DNA of 64,000 bases from Octopus vulgaris (taxonomy: Eukaryota): contig OX597830.1 of NCBI GenBank assembly GCA_951406725.2, positions 40,052,001-40,116,000 on the forward strand, given 5' to 3'. Position numbers and translations under genes: made by a program. Of this stretch, positions 42,850 to 57,850 are shown piece after piece (position 1 is the first letter of the stretch; each line of letters opens with the position of its first letter). Below the pieces are notes generated by a model. The model worked only from the letters and a program-made list of their open reading frames with translations, did not search any database and was not told the DNA's origin.

Positions 42850-43108
42850 TGTCCTGTTTTTGTTCCTAACTTTGACCCTCCATAAATCCCAAATTTTATT
42901 TTGGTATTTATGGGAGCAACTGTCTTCGAAAACTCATACAGTCGTTGATTGCTCGAAATAGGGAATAGATAGACAGCCGACAACTGATGAAGGTCATTCT
43001 TTGTATTACTTGTTCCTTTTTTCTCTCGTTATTTGCGTATTTAACTCATTTGTTTTCGTATTTCATGTTGTTTACTGTTGTTGACATCCTGTACCCATAT
43101 ATGCATAT
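42850..43108 (+). mobile_element. TA-associated repeat with reversed-order hammerhead-like motifs (copy d)
   Basis: Hairpin 42878-42916, gctcGAAA (42951-42958), gacaaCTGATGA (42979-42990); ends tcctgtacccatatatgcat. Confidence 0.65.
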
Positions 43109-43229
43109 TAAGTGCGGATACTTACAACAGAGCGGACCGCACGATAGATTAAGATTAATGCTTAAATAAGCGTTACATGATTAGCTGCTAATAAAGAAAA
43201 GGACGCAAACTTTGTCTTCAACAGTAACT

Positions 43230-45316
<2,087 letters not shown>

Positions 45317-45954
45317 AGTCACTGCTTAGTACTGCAAGGTACCGAACCTGCTCACGATTTTATTATTGTTGTTGTTGTTGTTGTTGTTATACTGCTTAGA
45401 GCGGTGAGATGTTCCTTGCTTTAAAACTAAGCAGTCAGATGAGAAAATGTCACAAATTTAGTTGGAAGGAGGAAAAGAGATATTATTTGTGATGTTCATA
45501 TATATTCCCCAAAGTCATGGTTATATATTTTCCAAAGAGATTGAATTACCTCTTGTGTTCTTCCTTTTCTTCTCTTTGAAGCGGTATTGATTTTCTTCTT
45601 TTTTAATTCTGGCACGGGATCTCAAATTTATAGGGAAATGGGATTTAGGCTGAGTAACATCCATGCATTTTTTGTAAAATTAGCATAAGCGAAGTAAATG
45701 GATTATATTTAACTGGGAATTGAAACCGGGTTAGAATCCCAGCTTACGCATGCCTAGAAGTGTGAAATAGCTATTTGCCGCCTTCCACACTGTTATACTC
45801 ATAAATCTGAGGTTCGTTTATTTGTTTAAATAACATCCGGTTTGCGTCATCAACTAATCCCGAGTCTCTAAGTTCTTGTCATAGCTATGTCAGTGTTTCA
45901 CGAATTAATATGGAATAATAAATAATGTAATTTTATTGTGGAATAATAAAATTC

Positions 45955-46418
45955 TTTATGATTTTGGCACAAAGCCAGCAATTCTGAGGGGAAGGGGAAA
46001 CGATTACATCGACCCCCAGAACTCAACTAGTATTTATTTCATCGACTCCGAGAGGATTAAAAGCAAAGTCGATCTCGACGGAGTTTAAGCGCTGAACGTT
46101 AAAGAAAAAAAAAACGGAAGAAATGCTCTCAGCATTTCGTCTGGAGCGGTACCGATTCTGCCAGCTTGCCACCCTTGTATTATATGAGAATAATATACTA
46201 TAATGCTTTCTATTATAGGGACAAGGCCTGGAATTTGAGGGAAGGGTGATAGAAGATTATACCGAGACCAGTGCGTAACTGGTACTTATTTAGTGGACCC
46301 CTAGGAGATGAAAGGAAAAGTCGACCTCGGCGGAATTTGAATTGAGATTGAAGCGGCAGACGAAATAACGCTAAGCATTTCACCCGGCGTGCTAACGATT
46401 CTGCCAGCTCGACGCCTT
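45955..46418 (-). mobile_element. Two tandem SINE family C copies
   Basis: 45955-46174 and 46205-46418 both match 17190-17405. Confidence 0.75.
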
Positions 46419-46436
46419 TAAATAATATATTATAAT

Positions 46437-46610
46437 CACGTGACCGACCAGACCATCAGATGTTGCTACACATCGCTGGTCACAATGCATTCGCATTGTT
46501 TTAGCCTTTGAATGACGCCAATAAACACACACAACGCCCGGTCTGGGAATCGAAAGCGCGATCCTACAACCGCGAGTCCGCTACCCTAACCACTGGGCCA
46601 TTGCGCATCC
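46437..46610 (-). mobile_element. Short SINE family A (tail type 3) with TSD
   Basis: 13-bp TSD aatatattataat (46424-46436, 46611-46623); head as at 54; tail homologous to 14690-14790. Confidence 0.8.
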
Positions 46611-46828
46611 AATATATTATAATAACATTTAAAATAGTAAAAATGTACTATTCGCAATTTATTCAAAGGTGTGGTGGTAAGAAGCTTGCTTCCCAACCAC
46701 ATGATTCCGGGTTCAGTCCAATTGCATGGCCCCTTGGCCAGGTGTCTTCTACTATAGCCTCGGGCCGACCAAAGCCTTGTGGGTGTTATTTGGTAGACAG
46801 AAACTGAAAGAATCCCGTCGTGTATATA

Positions 46829-46873
<45 letters not shown>

Positions 46874-47421
46874 CTGTAACTTTGTGTCTCTGTTTGGCAC
46901 CCCACTATCGCTTAACAATGGATGTTGGTATGTTTATGTCGGTTAAGGCGGTGCTCCAGCATGGCTGCAGTCTAATGACTGAAGCGTAAAAGAGCATCTA
47001 ATAATATGTAGGAAATATATTTTATAAATGTAAATATTAATATTGAAGAGTGGTTAAGTCGATTATATCGATCCCTGTGATAAGTTGGTACTTAATTTAT
47101 TGACCCCCGAAAGGATTAAAGGGACGTTACGATGGCGGAAATGCTGCTAAGCCTTTTTGCCCAGCGAGCTAACGTTTCTGCCTACTCACTGCCTTAATGG
47201 ATATGAATATCAACATTTATGATAATATGAATTTAATGAATTATAATACAATGGTAGATAGATAGACAGGCAGTGTGGTAGAAGCTTGCTTCCCAACCAC
47301 ATAGTTCCGGGTTCAGTCCTACTGCGTGGCACCTTGGGCAAGTGTCTTCTACTATAGACTCGGGCCGACCAAAGCCTTGTGAGTGGATTTGATAGACAGA
47401 AACTGAAAGAAACGCGTCCTT

Positions 47422-47458
<37 letters not shown>

Positions 47459-48694
47459 TTGTGTGTCTGTGTTTGTCCCACCATCGCTTCACAACCGATG
47501 TTGGTGTGTTTACGTCCCCGTAACTTAGCGGTTCGGCAAAAGAGACCGATAGACTCAGAATTAATGTACTGAATGATAGTGTCTGTCTGTCTGTCTATCT
47601 TTCTCTCTGTCTATCTCTTTTACTCTTCTTCAGTCATCTGATTACGGCCATGTTGGAGCACCGCATTTAGTCAATCAAATCACCCTCAGGACTTATTCTT
47701 TGTAAGCCTAGTACTGATTCTATCGGTCTCTTCTATCGGTCGAATACTTTGACATCACCCACCCACCAACACTCAACTGGTACTTATTTTTTCAACCCCC
47801 AAAAGGATGAAAAGCAAAGTGGACTTCGGTAGAATTTGAACTCAGAACATAAAGACGGACGAAATGTCGCTCAACATTTTACCCGGCGTGCCAACGATTG
47901 AACGTTCCAACAGTTATTATTCATAGCATAGTTTCAAAAAAGTAAATAAATAAAAGACTAGACTTCCTATTTCAATATCTCAGAATTCCAGACATTTTTA
48001 CATCTGTCAATCTCAGCTTGGATTATCGTTCAATATATAAATCTCCCTCTCACTTGGTCTTCTGAAGAATATATCGATTTCGTTTGATTACACATAGGTA
48101 TTATCCTCTCCTGTAAGATTTACATAAATTAAGATTTGAAACGAACGCTTCTGGACAAAGGTGCCGGCGGCGGTGCTTATTGTTGTTTAGCCCTTGGTTA
48201 ACCCGAAACTGAACAGATCAAAAGTATTTCAATGCTTTTGTCTGATTTTAACATTGTGTATCTAAGACTACGTAACGTGTCCTTTACAATTTTGAGATGA
48301 TAACGTGTGACCTAAGAGAGATCTGGGTGTTATATCAAACAAGTCGAGCAAGCGAACACTTAAAAAAACTGTCTCGCTGGTTCCATATGAAAACGTGTAT
48401 TTGTTTGATAAAGAGCAACAGCTATATGCAGAAAATTAAATTTTTCTGAGAAGCTATCGAGGTGATTAAAGCATTTAAAATATTATCAGCGATTTTCAAA
48501 CTATCGCGAGATGGCACTTTCACGAAACGCTAATGCATTTGATGCTGTCTTCTGTGTCTACCTACAAAAAATAATCTTGCTTGTTCATGAACGTTTCACC
48601 CTCATGTAAGCACTAATTGCACAGATATATAAGAGACGTTCCAGTTGTGACTGCCCAATCTTTTCGTACATCAGGGATTATATTTCGAAGTAAT

Positions 48695-48935
48695 GTTTAT
48701 CGCCACCTAAACGTGGGTGTTCTATAAGAACAGATGATACAATTGTTTTAACCCCGGAAGGACGCATCCTCCAGCTGATTATTCAGTGTGCTTTGTACTG
48801 CTTACCATCCTAGCTCGGAGACCACTGTATCGCGTGATTTCAGTCTTGTTTGATCATCTTCAGTGGTGGACACTTGTCTGCTAGGTAGTCTACCTCAGCT
48901 TGTAATATATAGTAAACAGTGGCACGTGTGTCCCC
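48695..48935 (-). mobile_element. TATA-hammerhead-AATAAA unit, copy 3 (decayed HHR 48822-48869)
   Basis: Minus: ctatatatt...ccacca-CTGAAGA-t-gatc..gact-GAAA-tcacgcga-TA-cagtgg...cagctgga...ggggttaaa...gataaac. Confidence 0.6.
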
Positions 48936-48982
48936 CTGCTCCGCATAGTCCACTCTCAGTTTATCAAATATTTATTTTGTAT

Positions 48983-49353
48983 TTTTTACTTCTGCCAGTC
49001 ATTAGACTGCGGCCATGCTGGGGCACCGCCTTGAGGAATTTTAGTCGAACGAATCAACTCCAGTAATTATACTTTTTATTAAAGCCTGGTATTTAGTCTA
49101 TCGGTCTCTTTTGCCAAACCGCTAAGTTACAGGGACATAAACACACCAATATCAGGTAATGGGTAGGGGACAACATAAACACACACACACGACGGGTTTC
49201 TTTCAGTTTCAGTCTACTGAAGCCACTCACAAAGCTTTGGTTGGCCCGAGGATATAGTAGAAGACATTTGCCCAAGATGCCACGCAGTGGGACTGAACCC
49301 GGAACCATGTCGTTGGGAAGCAAACTTTTTACCACATAGCCACGCATACGCCT
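48983..49353 (-). mobile_element. SINE family B
   Basis: Full tail and head. Confidence 0.8.
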
Positions 49354-49434
49354 TGTAGACTTTTGGGTTTTTTTATTTTTTATTTTAAACATTGATACTT
49401 ATTTTCGAATAAACATTTATTTTCATGTAATTTA

Positions 49435-51155
49435 CCATTTGAAACACGGATTTTGGTCCTTAAAATTATGGTTATTTATTTTGTTTTCACTGTATTCTTG
49501 TTTATTTTAGGCTATTAGAAAAACGCAAAGCTGAGTGATTTTATTGCACGAGTGCAAAACGGAATGCAGAACAGCAGACATTGCTAGCAATATCAATCAA
49601 CCATTTTGCCTGGGGTTGTAAATAAACGTACAGCTCAAAATTGGTTCCGAAAATTTCATAGTAGATACGAAGAAACATGAAGAGAAACAAAATGTCACAG
49701 ATGGCCTTCTGCGATTGAGATCGACCAATTGAGGGTCATTATTGAAGCGGACCCACGCAAAACAATTCAAATGTCAGCAGTTATTTGACATTTGCACCAC
49801 ATTGGGAAATCGAAAGAGTTTGATAAAAGGAAACCTAACGAGTAAAAATTTTTCAAAATTGCCGATGCAAAATTTGCTTTGCGGGTTTGATTTATTCACT
49901 TTTTTTGTTTTTTCTTTTTCGTTTGCGCAACAAAACACGATCTATTTCTTAATCACAACGTGACATTTAACGAAAAATAGATTTCCTACGGCAGACAACA
50001 GCGTCCTACTCAGTTGCCGGGCCATTGTAAAATATTATCTAAATACTTTCGTATGGAAGTTATGGCCACTGTTTGATAGTCAGCAAGTGGAATATTCTGT
50101 TGTTGTCTTCTTCTTCTTCTTCTTCTTCTTCTTCTTCTTCTTCTTCTTCTTCTTCTTCTTCCAATCAGGACTCACGCCATTAGCCACAAAAAATAATCTC
50201 TAATTCGAGCCTACTCTGAGCTACTAAGAATGCGTGTGGCAACTTGAAGATCCACCCACCACACGCGATAGACTGGCGGTTGCACGGGAGCGAAAGCTAC
50301 GTTGTTATCCTCATTCTGTAAACGGTAGCTTTTAACGGGTGGAGAGCTGAACCATCCTGGAGTACAAAGGATTCGCAATCTAGACTAGGGTCTGAAAGTT
50401 TTACCATACCATAGTGGGTTACACCATGGTTCCTCTGCTTCGTGGCAGAAGTAGGAAGAAAGAGTGAGAGAAAGTTGTGGTGAAAGAGTAGAACGGGGTT
50501 CACCACCCACTCTCCGTCGGAGCCTCGTGCAGCTTAGGTGTTTTTGCTCAATAAACACTCACAATGCTCGGTCTGGGAATCGAAACCGCGTTCTTACGAC
50601 CGCGAGCCCACTGCCCTAACCACTGGGCCATTGCGCCTCCACTTCTGTTGTTGTTTCCTGAATTCTGGCGAAACTATCACAGCGGGGAAGCATTGACAGG
50701 AAATCGAGAAAATATACGTTTACGTCCAGCATTGATCAATCAGAAAAAGAAAAACCATTTCCGTGACTGCGTCCCGCCATATATTTGGTCAATAACTCGA
50801 CAGAAATTTAATGGATTAGATTACAAAAATCTATCAAAGCCAACTTATTCACCAGATCTCTCTTCAACTGACTATTACTATGTTTTACATGGATCTCGAC
50901 AGCTTCCTTCAGAATCAGGTCTTCAGCAACTAAGCTGTTGTGCAAAATTCCTTCGAAGAATTCATTGGTTCCAGGTGTCCCGAATTGTACACTACTGGAA
51001 TAATTAATTTTATTTCTTATTGTCAAAAACGTGTATAAAATCTAATAAAATCTAATAAAAATGTGTATAAAATCTAATAAAATTCATTCTGCTCTCAAAT
51101 ATATTGCCTTGAATTTCATGGTTAAAATACGCCGTTATTCTTGCATTACCCTAAT
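49435..51155 (+). mobile_element. Decayed mariner (Hsmar1/SETMAR-like) transposon interrupted by a SINE
   Basis: RTAQNWFRKF...RWPSAIEIDQLRVIIEADPRKT; FLNHNVTFNEK*ISY; KVMATV**SASG [insert] FLNSGETITA; YSPDLSSTDY; right TIR ...ttcttgcattaccctaa-TA. Confidence 0.9.
50107..50642 (-). mobile_element. Full-length SINE family A (tail type 2, (GAA)n end)
   Basis: 12-bp TSD ttctgttgttgt (50095-50106, 50643-50654); tRNA-like head; (GAA)n 3' tail. Confidence 0.9.
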
Positions 51156-52214
51156 AATCCTTTCTACTATAGACACAAGGCCTGTCAATTAGATCGACCA
51201 GAGTACCCAACTTGTGCTAAATTTATCGGCCTCGAAAGGATAAAAGGCAAAGTCGACCTCGGCGGAAATTGAACTCAGAGCGTAGCGACTAGTGAAATAC
51301 TGCTAAGCATTAACCTAATAATACTATGAAGCCGTTAGGTGTCGTGCAGACAAAATCGTTTGCACGCCGGACAAAGAACTTAGCGGCATATCGTCCGTCC
51401 TTACTGTTTTGGATTCAAATTCCGCCGAAGTCCACTTTGCCTTTCGTCCTTTCGGGGTTGATAAAATAAGTACCAGTTGAACACTGGGGTTAATGCAATC
51501 CACTTACCCCTCCTTCCGTTCCTCCGAAACTGCTGGCCTTGTGCCAAAATTTGAAACCAATATTGTGGAGGCGCATGGCCTAAAGGTTAGGGCATTGTAT
51601 TCATGAACTTCCCGGACCAGGTAGTGCAGTGCATTGCGTTCTTCTTGAGCAAGACACTTCATTTCACCATGTTTCTGTCCATTCAGCTGTAAATGAGTTC
51701 CATCAACAACTGGAAAGTTAACTCTGCAAAAGCATAGCGTCCTGTTCAGGGGGAGTGTTATCATTTCAGTCACTTATACATTATGAAAATCGAATGAAAC
51801 CCCAGCCTTATGAATCCTGGGACTCATGACTGACCTAATAATATCAATTTTCCTTTATATCGCACCTTAATAAATAGACTTTAGTTTTCTTTTTAAAGCT
51901 TTAAACCTGAAATGTCCTTTAACTTTTTGACTCTCTAAATATTGATATCTCCTTCATTTCGCTCGTTTTCACTTTTTCCCCCGCAATATTGAATCTGTTA
52001 CTTTTTAGCTAAGTGGGATTTATATTCAGAACGACGTAGAGAGAGACGCAACGACACAGCGTCGCTTGTGACATCCACGTGTTCTCTGTCAGAGAAAATA
52101 ATTGATTTTTCACATTGGCTATAATATGTTTTAAGTTCAAAAAAGAATTTGACATCAGCTGTGGCGAGATTGGATAATGGATAAAGCCTCTTCTTGAGTC
52201 ATGTAGACTCATAA

Positions 52215-52430
52215 GAGCTGGTTTCCCATTTTTGTGGAGTATATATTCCTCACCTGGATGGGACGCCGGTCCGTCGCAGGATTACTCATTTTTGCTCGCT
52301 GAGTGAACTGGAACAATGTGACATGAAATGCTTTGCCCGAGAACACAACGCATCACTCGATCCAGGAATCGAAACCACAATCTTACGATCATGAGTCCAG
52401 CACCCTAACCACTAAGCCACGTGCCTCCAC
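52215..52430 (-). mobile_element. SINE family D
   Basis: Homologous to 28955-29170. Confidence 0.8.
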
Positions 52431-52632
52431 GTGGAGAGATTGATCGAAGATAATTTAGGCCGGCGCCTTTATAATGCACGACACTCCGGGCAAGCGTCTT
52501 CTATCATGGTTCCGAGATTGTGAGCAAAAAATTTGATAAACGGAAACTGTGTGGAATCTTTCTTTGTGGATCCGTTCCCGTTCTTAATTGGAAGATTTGA
52601 TCCGTCAGCTCTGGGATAATTTAAATTTAGAG

Positions 52633-54148
52633 CAATGTTTCTCAACCATACTTTTCTATGGGCCCATTTGATTCCTATTTTACACAGTTGGACCCCCACC
52701 CCCATAACCATACGAGGTTTAAAAAAAAGATCTTATTATATTTTTACTAGACTACCCGTGACTCGTTGGGTCACCGGGAAACTCTGAGTTTCACAGCAAC
52801 GGAGTTTTGTTTTATGGGTCCTTTTTTATTTTTCAGGTTATTTCGCATGCTTTCAACGAATGTGACATCGAAATCACGTGTAAACAGCTCCTTTCTCCAG
52901 AAAAGGAAAGATTTGGCCGCTATTTCTTGCACACTCTACTACCATGTAACAAGTATTTCGGGTCCTTAATCGCAAATAGCTGTTACGTGGTAGCAAAACG
53001 TGCTGGAAATAACAGCAAAATCTTTGGAGGTGAAGCACGTTGAATGCACTCGAAAAAAACTATGGAAAAAACTACTTCACAGCGAGGTTATGAAAGGGTC
53101 TTCTACGAAATATTTACCGTATTTTTTAAGTCATTTTCAGTTTAAAATATTTTTTTAATTTGCCAAAAATATTTTAAAAGCATTGAAATATAGTCTGTTT
53201 AAAGAAAGCTAAAATACAAATACTTACTATACAAACAACTTACATTTTGAAATCACATTCACTTAAAAATATTTGTTAATGATTAAAATATTGTGCTTAA
53301 CAAAAGCAAAAATAGAAACATTTACTGTAAAAAAAATCGTATTTTTTCGTTGTCAAATTACTGTCTAATCGAAAGGTTAGAGTTTCTTCCCTTTCGGGAT
53401 GAAGTTATATTCGGAACATTTTCCCATTATGAACTGTTTTGGGTATTTATACCCCCCAAACCCTGAATATCTCAATAACTACTGCTCCGATTTACTCGAA
53501 ACTTGTTTTATTCCGTTCGTATTAACATTTCAGGGTAAAGTTAAGTTATTACTTTATGGTGCTATTACTGTATATCTCTCTTTAGAAATGATAATATTTC
53601 TATTTTGTAGATCAGTGACTATGTGTCACTTTGAAATCTATATATTTTCGACAGCTGTTCAGTAGCTACATCTAACCAAACAAGCTATCCACGCTGATAG
53701 AGAGAAATAACCCAGAAACCGGTCCGTGGACCGAAATTGTGCTGGGTGGAGGTGCTGATCTCTCCTGTTGGAAAATATAAGGACACAGAATTTTTTGTGT
53801 CGAATAGCCAGTTGGAAACGATGTTCTCTGGGGTTAAATAACAGTAACATTCGTCCTATCCTAGGACTGCCACATCATGTTAGCAAAAAGTCATTACTTT
53901 AATTTATAGTATTTTCCCATTGTGCGCCAGTTTGCCTGGGTAACATTGCAAGCAGGCAAGCAAGCGAGATTCAAATTAACTTTTAATGTATTATAAAATA
54001 ATTAAACATTAGGAATTGTATAAAAAAATTAAAATATTTTGTGTATGATAGAAATATAACCAACTTATTGCTCATGAATTTTAATACGAAAATTTTAAAT
54101 TGAACCCCCCCCCCCGAATGGTCATAGGGCCCTGGTTGAAAACCACTG
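52633..54148. mobile_element. hAT MITE expanded by nested insertions
   Basis: TIRs caatgtttctcaacc / ggttgaaaaccactg; flanks atttagag / agctagag (6 of 8 match). Confidence 0.6.
53615..53890 (+). mobile_element. TATA-hammerhead-AATAAA unit, copy 1 (HHR 53688-53730)
   Basis: tccacg-CTGATAG-a...GAAA-ccgg-TC-cgtgga; downstream region homologous to 56090-56200. Confidence 0.65.
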
Positions 54149-54646
54149 AGCTAGAGCATAAAAGGATGGCAGGATGGCAGAAATGTCAGGGCGTCGCACA
54201 AAATGTCACGCGGTATTCTGTATTTTTACGTTCTGAATTCAAATCCTGGCGATGATATTTTGTGGGGCTGAGAAGAGGCAACAAAATCGGCAACAGTATA
54301 TTAAGTACCCTCAATAAGATAAATGGGTAAAGGACGAAGCTGAGGATAGCGAGGTTTGAACTCAGAAGGTGAAGAGACATAACTGAACATTATAGGTCAT
54401 TATTTTGTTCGAAACTCACCCATGATTTCTCACCTTAAATCCTGAGTTTGATTGAAATTTGGAATAAGACCTTTAAGGAGTGAAAACTAAAGCAAGTTAG
54501 ACCTATTGTTCTGTATTATATTAGCCATTTCTAAAGCCCCAAAGCACTAAAGCCCACAGCACTTTTTTATGTTTTCTGTTAAAGGAAGGAATTGTAGCGT
54601 CGATATCCTTCCCAAAGACATTAAATGCCGCTAGCTAAATTAAATA

Positions 54647-54867
54647 CGGTAATCCCTCACCATATCGCGGTTCACTTATCGCATACATGATACATCGCGG
54701 GTCACCTATCGCGCATTTTTCTGCCTAATATATGTAAGCTTGTATCGCAGAATCCTCAGCATATCGCGGGTTTCTGCGGCCGATAGGTATTTATATATTT
54801 TTTAAATTTTAATTATTTCTGTTGGAGGTTTTGGAACATAACACCCGCGATAGTCGAGGGGTTACTG
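54647..54867. mobile_element. Tigger/pogo-type MITE
   Basis: TIRs cggtaatccctcaccatatcgcgg / ccgcgatagtcgaggggttactg; internal tatcgcg repeats. Confidence 0.75.
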
Positions 54868-55428
54868 CAAATTTAACAAAAACGTTTAAGCCGCTTCTCA
54901 CTGCCTCGGTTTGTCGAGACCTTTTTTCTTGCTCTCTTCGGTGCTCTTCCTTACAACGCTAAAAAACTTACCAAAAAAGGGGACCTCAGGGGACAGTTTT
55001 ATCAGCCCTCAAACTTGAAAACGCCCACTGACGCGAAGTCACTAAAATCTCTTAGAATAATATCGGTTAATTCCTAATTATCAAAACAGTAATTTAATTA
55101 GTTTTATACTCGTAAATTTAAAAAACTAATGATTCATTATTTTTCTCAGTACATTTGCACCCAGCGAGTGCTTGTGTACTAAGTATTTGTCCTTGACGCT
55201 AAAAGCAGTTTCCAACTTCTGCTATCCGTGGCCATTGACCGGCTTGAAAAAGTAACCAGATCTCTTTCGAATTTCACGTAGTCTTTAAGAGAAGAAAGGA
55301 AATGACGATAAGCTTTGTACAATGAGATTCTGAACATACAAAAAATAATGGGATAGTCATCTGCCTGGAATGTCTTTCGATCACAGCCCCTTGATCAGAG
55401 CTAACCGTGGGCAACGACATTACTAGCA

Positions 55429-55481
<53 letters not shown>

Positions 55482-55997
55482 TATTACTACTACCACCACC
55501 ACCACCACTACAACTATGTTTGTAAGTGGGGGAATTTGATGCTTAAACTGCATAATCATTCTCGCAATCAATAATATCAATAGGAAACTTACTGAATTAA
55601 ATAAAACGTTATGGTTTTCTTCATATCGCTATTACTATTGTTGTTGTGATTCGTGTTGCTGTTGTTTAACCCCAGGTCAGCCATTACCGAACCGACTTAT
55701 GTTGAGAGGTATCTCAGGCAGGTATTTACCATCTTTTTTCATGCATAGTAATTCTAGCATTACACCATCGAATGGGACTTTCGCTTTTTTTAAGGCGGTG
55801 ACATATGACTTAAGGTATATCTGGCTGCTATTTCTAACAGTTCTAGTTCCACTTATAGGCCCTTTCGTTCGTTCATTGACGTTTGCGAGGTTTGAAACAA
55901 GTTGCTTTTCTATATACGAGATCAGCGGCTGTGTGTCGCTTAAAGAATATATAGTGTTTGCGAGTGGAGAAAGCTTTCACTAACAGCCAGTGATTGT

Positions 55998-56043
55998 CTC
56001 ACACTGAGGAACGGGTATACACTCAGAAACCATGGTCTGTGAG
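55998..56043 (+). ncRNA. Type I hammerhead ribozyme candidate (in TATA-HHR-AATAAA unit copy 2, ~55925-56200)
   Basis: ctcaca-CTGAGGA-a-c-gggt(atac)actc-a-GAAA-ccatgg-TC-tgtgag; 6-bp stem I, palindromic stem III, GUC site at 56035-56037. Confidence 0.75.
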
Positions 56044-56440
56044 TATCGCGTGAGACTAGAGATGGGAACGATAGCCTCCCTTGCAAACACTATAAGGACA
56101 TAGACTGTGTCGATAGCCAGCTGGAAAAGATGTTTTCCTGGAGCTTAACCAACAATAACATCGTCCTTTATAAGACCGCCACATTCCGTTGGCAAATAAA
56201 CTTTACTGGAATAATATGCTTTGCGGTATTTCTTCTGGTTTTTACGTTCTGATTTCAAATCTTGATTTTCATTCTTTTGAGGTTCGACTAAGTAAGTACC
56301 AGTCAAGTACTGGGGTCGATGCAATTGTGTAAACCCCTCTCTTAAAATTGCTGGCCTTCTGCCTACATTTGAAACAATTATTTATCATTATTTAATCTCG
56401 CACACACACTCATACACATACACACACACACACATATATA

Positions 56441-56661
56441 TGAGGAGTGGCGGAAAAGTTCCTGGCTTTGGGTAACAGAAAATACGGGAGGATCAGTTAA
56501 TTATGATTTTATTCAACGTATTCCCCTCTCAGATTCACACACTTATTGCAGTGGTCCTTCAATTTTCCTAATCCCTGTAAAAGAACACGGAAGGTTGTGC
56601 CTCCCACCAACCAGGCCTTTCGCGACACCCTTAAAGCCCGGAACTTTTCAGCACTCCATCG
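56441..56661 (-). mobile_element. Mariner-derived MITE
   Basis: Inverted homologue of 39290-39502; CNKCVNLRGEYVE*. Confidence 0.75.
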
Positions 56662-56669
56662 TGTGTGTG

Positions 56670-56731
<62 letters not shown>

Positions 56732-56787
56732 GGACCACTGAACTTAACACTTTTTTTCATTCACTCTCTATTTATTTCCTCTTGCTC

Positions 56788-56910
56788 CTTTCTGTCAAAG
56801 ATCATAGGCTCGAAACGCGAAAGACTCCATTTTTCCTGAGTGTCAAACTAATATACTTGCTTGTTGTTCCTATACCTGCCTTCGTCTTTATTTTTCTATA
56901 AATTTCAACT
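56788..56910 (+). mobile_element. Decayed copy of the CUGUNGA hammerhead repeat, ending in (TA)n
   Basis: cttt-CTGTCAA-a-gatc(atag)gctc-GAAA-cgcg-aaag, then ttcctgagtgtcaaactaata...aatttcaac(TA)n. Confidence 0.6.
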
Positions 56911-57093
56911 ATATATATATAGACGACCACCACCACTGTTACGACCATGACCATCACCAACAACAGCACCACCAAAACCAGCAGCAGAAACAACAAGCCA
57001 ATGGGGGAACTGCTACTTGGTCCCTCAGTCTGCTAGAAATAGCAAGCGAATCCCTTTAAATTATTTCCTATTCTCTTAAAACAAGTTGGGACA

Positions 57094-57454
<361 letters not shown>

Positions 57455-57469
57455 ATATTGACCCCACTA

Positions 57470-57624
57470 CTTATTTTCTTTTTAAGGTTGGTACTGATTC
57501 TACAAGTTCCTTTTACCGAACTGCAAAGTTACGGAGGGCGTAAACACACCAGTTACTGCTTGTGGTGTGGGACAAGCACAAAGACAGACACACACAGATA
57601 TATAAGCATGCACATGTACACACG

Positions 57625-57682
<58 letters not shown>

Positions 57683-57850
57683 TACACGATGGGCTTCTTT
57701 CACTTTCTGTCTATCAAAATCTACTCACAAGACTTTGGTCGGCCCGGGGCTATACTAAAAGACATTTGCTCAAGATGTCATGCAGTGGGGGTGAACCCGG
57801 AATCCTGTGGTTGGAAAAAATCTTCTTACCAAACAGCCACGCCTGCACCT
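57470..57850 (-). mobile_element. SINE family B (diverged)
   Basis: Tail, (CA)n and head. Confidence 0.75.
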
